From an uncultured bacterium (GTDB lineage: Bacteria; Abyssobacteria; SURF-5): a stretch of DNA of 18,330 nucleotides. Shown piece by piece: positions 15,583 through 18,330 of the stretch (position 1 is its first letter; each line of letters opens with the position of its first letter). Position numbers and translations under genes: made by a program. The stretch lies in the NCBI GenBank assembly GCA_964510165.1, contig CAZEBC010000041.1:1-18330 (forward strand), in the 5' to 3' direction. The notes under the pieces were generated by a model. The model made no database searches, was not told the origin of the DNA, and saw only the letters and a list, made by a program, of their open reading frames with translations.

Positions 15583-16590
15583 TCAAGAACCTTCCTGAAG
15601 CGCTTTGATCCATATCCGAACTTGCTCGTCGGCGCCGCCGACTTCCAGGTACTTGGTGTAATTTTGAAGGGCCTTCTGATCGTCCACGACGTAATCGTCG
15701 TAGATGATCCCGAGGTTGATGTAGGTATCGGGGAGGGCGGGGTCCAGGCTCTGAGCCTGTTCGAGTTCCCTGATTGCGTCCTCGAAGAGTCGGAGATGCT
15801 TGTAGACGTCTCCCAGATTGCAGTGAGCGACCGCGTTGTCAGGCTCAACAGCGATGGCGATCTTGAGGGCTTCGGCAGCCCGCGCATACTGGCCGGAATC
15901 ATGGTAGAGACGTGCCAGGTCTATATAGCATGCGGCGCAACGCCTACCCAATTCCTCGTTGGTGGCCGAGAGTGACTCGAACGGCCGCACCTTTTCCTCA
16001 AGAACCGAAAGTTCATCGAAAGAAAGTTTTTCGAGGAACCGCTGGTTCTCGGTGAGTCGCAAACGTTCTACCAAGCGTGACAGAAGTTCGGCCTTCTTGT
16101 CGGAATCACCCGTGGTTGCGGGCGGAGGTTGAGCTGTGTCCGGTTGCGCGAGGACTGGCTGTCCCTCTTCCATTCCTCCGGTTGACACAAGCAGCAGTTT
16201 GTCAAGTTCGGAGAAGAAAGCGTCCCTTGCATGCGCGTCGGAATCGTCAAACCAGTATTTCCGCTTATCCTTGGCCTCGATCTCCACGCTTGTCGTCTGT
16301 TCATCTATCTTCTTCACGTACACATTGATGACGCCCGTCTCGTTCGGCTTCTTGAACAGGATGAGACCTTGATCGTGTTTCACCAGCTTGGCGGTGTTGT
16401 TGTCCACCTGTCTGAGAGCGTCGACCGCCGCGCGGAAGACCGTATCGTAATCGGCCTGATAGGTTCGCCGGTTCTCAGACGACCTTAGAACATCGATGTC
16501 ACCAAGGACAGGGGTCCTTCGAGCGGTGGAACTGCAACCCCATAAGGAAATCAGAACGAGAATAAGAATGACAAAACCCGGCATCTTCAT
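15583..16590 (-). CDS. TPR-repeat lipoprotein of unknown function
   Basis: Start ATG 16590 (GGAG about 10 nt upstream; 16614 is the alternative). Lipobox LWG-C; C-terminal TPRs YIDLARLYHDSGQYARAAEALKIAIAVEPDN, AHCNLGDVYKHLRLFEDAIRELEQAQSLDP, TYINLGIIY. Confidence 0.85.
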   Translation of the reverse strand: MKMPGFVILILVLISLWGCSSTARRTPVLGDIDVLRSSENRRTYQADYDTVFRAAVDALRQVDNNTAKLVKHDQGLILFKKPNETGVINVYVKKIDEQTTSVEIEAKDKRKYWFDDSDAHARDAFFSELDKLLLVSTGGMEEGQPVLAQPDTAQPPPATTGDSDKKAELLSRLVERLRLTENQRFLEKLSFDELSVLEEKVRPFESLSATNEELGRRCAACYIDLARLYHDSGQYARAAEALKIAIAVEPDNAVAHCNLGDVYKHLRLFEDAIRELEQAQSLDPALPDTYINLGIIYDDYVVDDQKALQNYTKYLEVGGADEQVRIWIKALQEGS

Positions 16591-16666
16591 GCAAAAACAC
16601 TCCACATATGACATACCATCAACAATTGACTCCGGATATCACTGCGGGTATGAATTTCCCGGGACG

Positions 16667-16999
16667 CTACTCGGACGCTCCTTGGGTTCGCATCTCGATC
16701 GCGACCCTGTCCAATGAGTACGCGATGCGGTCATTTGACCTTGCATGCTCGAGAATGGCGCCAGCAATCTGAAGGTTGGAGTCCGCAATGGCTCGCAGGC
16801 CGTCGGCAATCTGGCCGGCAAGCCTGTCGGGCGCTATCTCCTGTGCCACCTTCGCAGCTTGGACAGCAGGCGGAACCGAGTCGTCCTCGTAGTCTACCGC
16901 CGCAACTTCGGTCCCCCGTAAGAGGGGAGCAACGAGGTTGACCAGAAGCGCCAGGAAAACGAGGGCAAGAAGGATGTTGGTGAGCGTTCCGTTCTTCAT
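16667..16999 (-). CDS. Hypothetical small membrane-anchored or exported helical protein
   Basis: ATG with purine-rich SD (AAGGGAAAG), N-terminal hydrophobic helix ILLALVFLALLVNLVAPLL, co-oriented and closely spaced with neighbours. Confidence 0.75.
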   Translation of the reverse strand: MKNGTLTNILLALVFLALLVNLVAPLLRGTEVAAVDYEDDSVPPAVQAAKVAQEIAPDRLAGQIADGLRAIADSNLQIAGAILEHARSNDRIAYSLDRVAIEMRTQGASE

Positions 17000-17034
17000 T
17001 TTTCTTTCCCTTTCACCTATTTATACCTCGACCA

Positions 17035-17541
17035 CTACTTCATATTCTCATAGAACTTTGCGGATTCCGCAATATCGGGAATCTTGGCGGGGTTGAAAGA
17101 TTTCCAGTCCGTCTCACGGATTTTCTGGGAGGAAATGACACAGGTAAACAGCAGGAAATCCATTGCGGGATCTTCCTGCCCATTACTCAGACGCTCGGAT
17201 ATCATGACCCGCTCGACCTTCAGCGGCCACTCCCAGCTCTTGAGGACCAGTGCGGTTTTCGCGACATCGGACAGAACGCCATGGCGAAGGGCGGCTGCGA
17301 GAGGCTCGCGATTGGCGTTCAGAGCCAGCACGAGTATATCCTCGCCCCCCACCTTCCCGCATCTTGCCTCTGCGACGCGGGGCCTGCCAGTGTTGGTCTC
17401 ATCGCCAAGGGCCCTTCGAAGCGCGCGCGCCAGCACATCAATGTCGGGACCAAATGAGCCGGCCGATGCCTCGATCGCGATAACCACAAGTGTGATCAAA
17501 ACGACGAAGGCAGTCGCCCAAGCGTGTTTTAAGCGAGTCAT
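17035..17541 (-). CDS. Hypothetical exported protein
   Basis: ATG 17541 preferred over GTG 17562, which falls inside the predicted promoter. Signal peptide MTRLKHAWATAFVVLITLVVIAIEASA with an AxA site; no family recognised. Confidence 0.7.
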   Translation of the reverse strand: MTRLKHAWATAFVVLITLVVIAIEASAGSFGPDIDVLARALRRALGDETNTGRPRVAEARCGKVGGEDILVLALNANREPLAAALRHGVLSDVAKTALVLKSWEWPLKVERVMISERLSNGQEDPAMDFLLFTCVISSQKIRETDWKSFNPAKIPDIAESAKFYENMK

Positions 17542-17550
17542 AATGCGGGA

Positions 17551-17578
17551 ATTATACCACACTCACCCGGTTTCTCAA
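17551..17578 (-). promoter_or_regulatory. Putative sigma70 promoter with extended -10 (near-leaderless transcript)
   Basis: Minus strand TTGAGA (17578-17573), 16 nt spacer, perfect TATAAT (17556-17551) preceded by TGn. Confidence 0.6.
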
Positions 17579-17601
17579 AGCACAGGAATGGGCGCGGCCG
17601 G

Positions 17602-18330
17602 TCAGGCCGGCTGGATTTCGGGTTCTTCCGCGGTCAGCGCGAGGAAGACGTCTTCGAGGTTTCCTAGCTTATTTTCCTTGATGTCTTCGACTGTTCCCAG
17701 CGCGATCAATCTGCCTTTGTGAATTATGCCGATCCGGTCGGCGACTTCCTCGGCAATGCTGAGCGTGTGAGTGGACATGAAAATGGCGACGCCCTCGCGC
17801 GTCTTCATTTTCAGGTAGTCCTTCACAAACCGGATACTCTTGGGGTCGAGTCCGACCCATGGCTCGTCCACGATAACCACGCGCGGCGCATGGAGGAATG
17901 TAGCGCTGAAAATCAGTTTCTGCCGCATCCCGTGCGAGTAGTCCTCGATCAGTTGGTCAGCGTAGGCATCTATTCCGAACAACCCCAGCAGGGTTTCGAT
18001 CTCCTCGTCGAGCGCCTCGCCATTGACGTGGTACATTCCCGCCACAAAACGCATGAATTCGCGTCCGGAGAGTTTCTCGTAAAGATAGGGATGATCGGGA
18101 ATATACCCGATGATGCGCTTGGCGGAGACAGGGTCAATGGAGATATCATGTCCTCCTACGAACGCGGTTCCGGAAGTCGGCCTGAGCAGTCCAGTCAGGA
18201 CTTTGATTGTGGTGGTCTTCCCGGCTCCATTCGGTCCGAGGAAACAAAAGAACTCGCCTTCGGCAACATCAAGAGAGAGGTTGTCGACGGCTTTCATTCC
18301 GCCGAAGGTTTTTGTAAGTTTCTTGATTTG
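17602..18330 (-). CDS. ABC transporter ATP-binding protein (ABC-2/EcsA-like exporter type; 5' end outside the window)
   Basis: Frame stays open to the edge (QIKKLTKTFGG-MKAVDNLSL). Walker A GPNGAGKT, signature YSHGMRQK, Walker B/D-loop VIVDEPWVGLDP, H-loop STH. Confidence 0.95.
   Translation of the reverse strand, partial: QIKKLTKTFGGMKAVDNLSLDVAEGEFFCFLGPNGAGKTTTIKVLTGLLRPTSGTAFVGGHDISIDPVSAKRIIGYIPDHPYLYEKLSGREFMRFVAGMYHVNGEALDEEIETLLGLFGIDAYADQLIEDYSHGMRQKLIFSATFLHAPRVVIVDEPWVGLDPKSIRFVKDYLKMKTREGVAIFMSTHTLSIAEEVADRIGIIHKGRLIALGTVEDIKENKLGNLEDVFLALTAEEPEIQPA

Overview
Mostly core-genome DNA from a moderately GC-rich bacterium; the lineage cannot be assigned from the sequence alone. The left edge holds the 5' end of a Dam/D12-class DNA adenine methyltransferase (minus strand, missed by the ORF track), divergent from a SurA/PrsA-like lipoprotein with a His-rich insert. 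An 11.3-kb minus-strand run follows in transcription order: tRNA-Gln(UUG), glmU, rplY, pth, ilvD, ilvB, ilvN, leuC, C4 zinc-ribbon protein, folC, ROK kinase. Three usual partners (prs, ilvC, leuD) are absent from their normal positions. Divergent from the tRNA are an MshEN-HDOD fusion (candidate c-di-GMP-sensing signalling protein, the most interesting gene here) and a flavodoxin/WrbA-like gene that converges on a dodecin. The right end encodes an ABC ATPase (5'-truncated), two unknown membrane/exported proteins and a TPR lipoprotein. Intergenic spaces contain several REP-like palindromes: four GTAG-type, a BoxC-like inverted pair and a C-run/G-run hairpin. No CRISPR array, integrase or transposase was seen, and no clearly novel multi-gene system can be supported.
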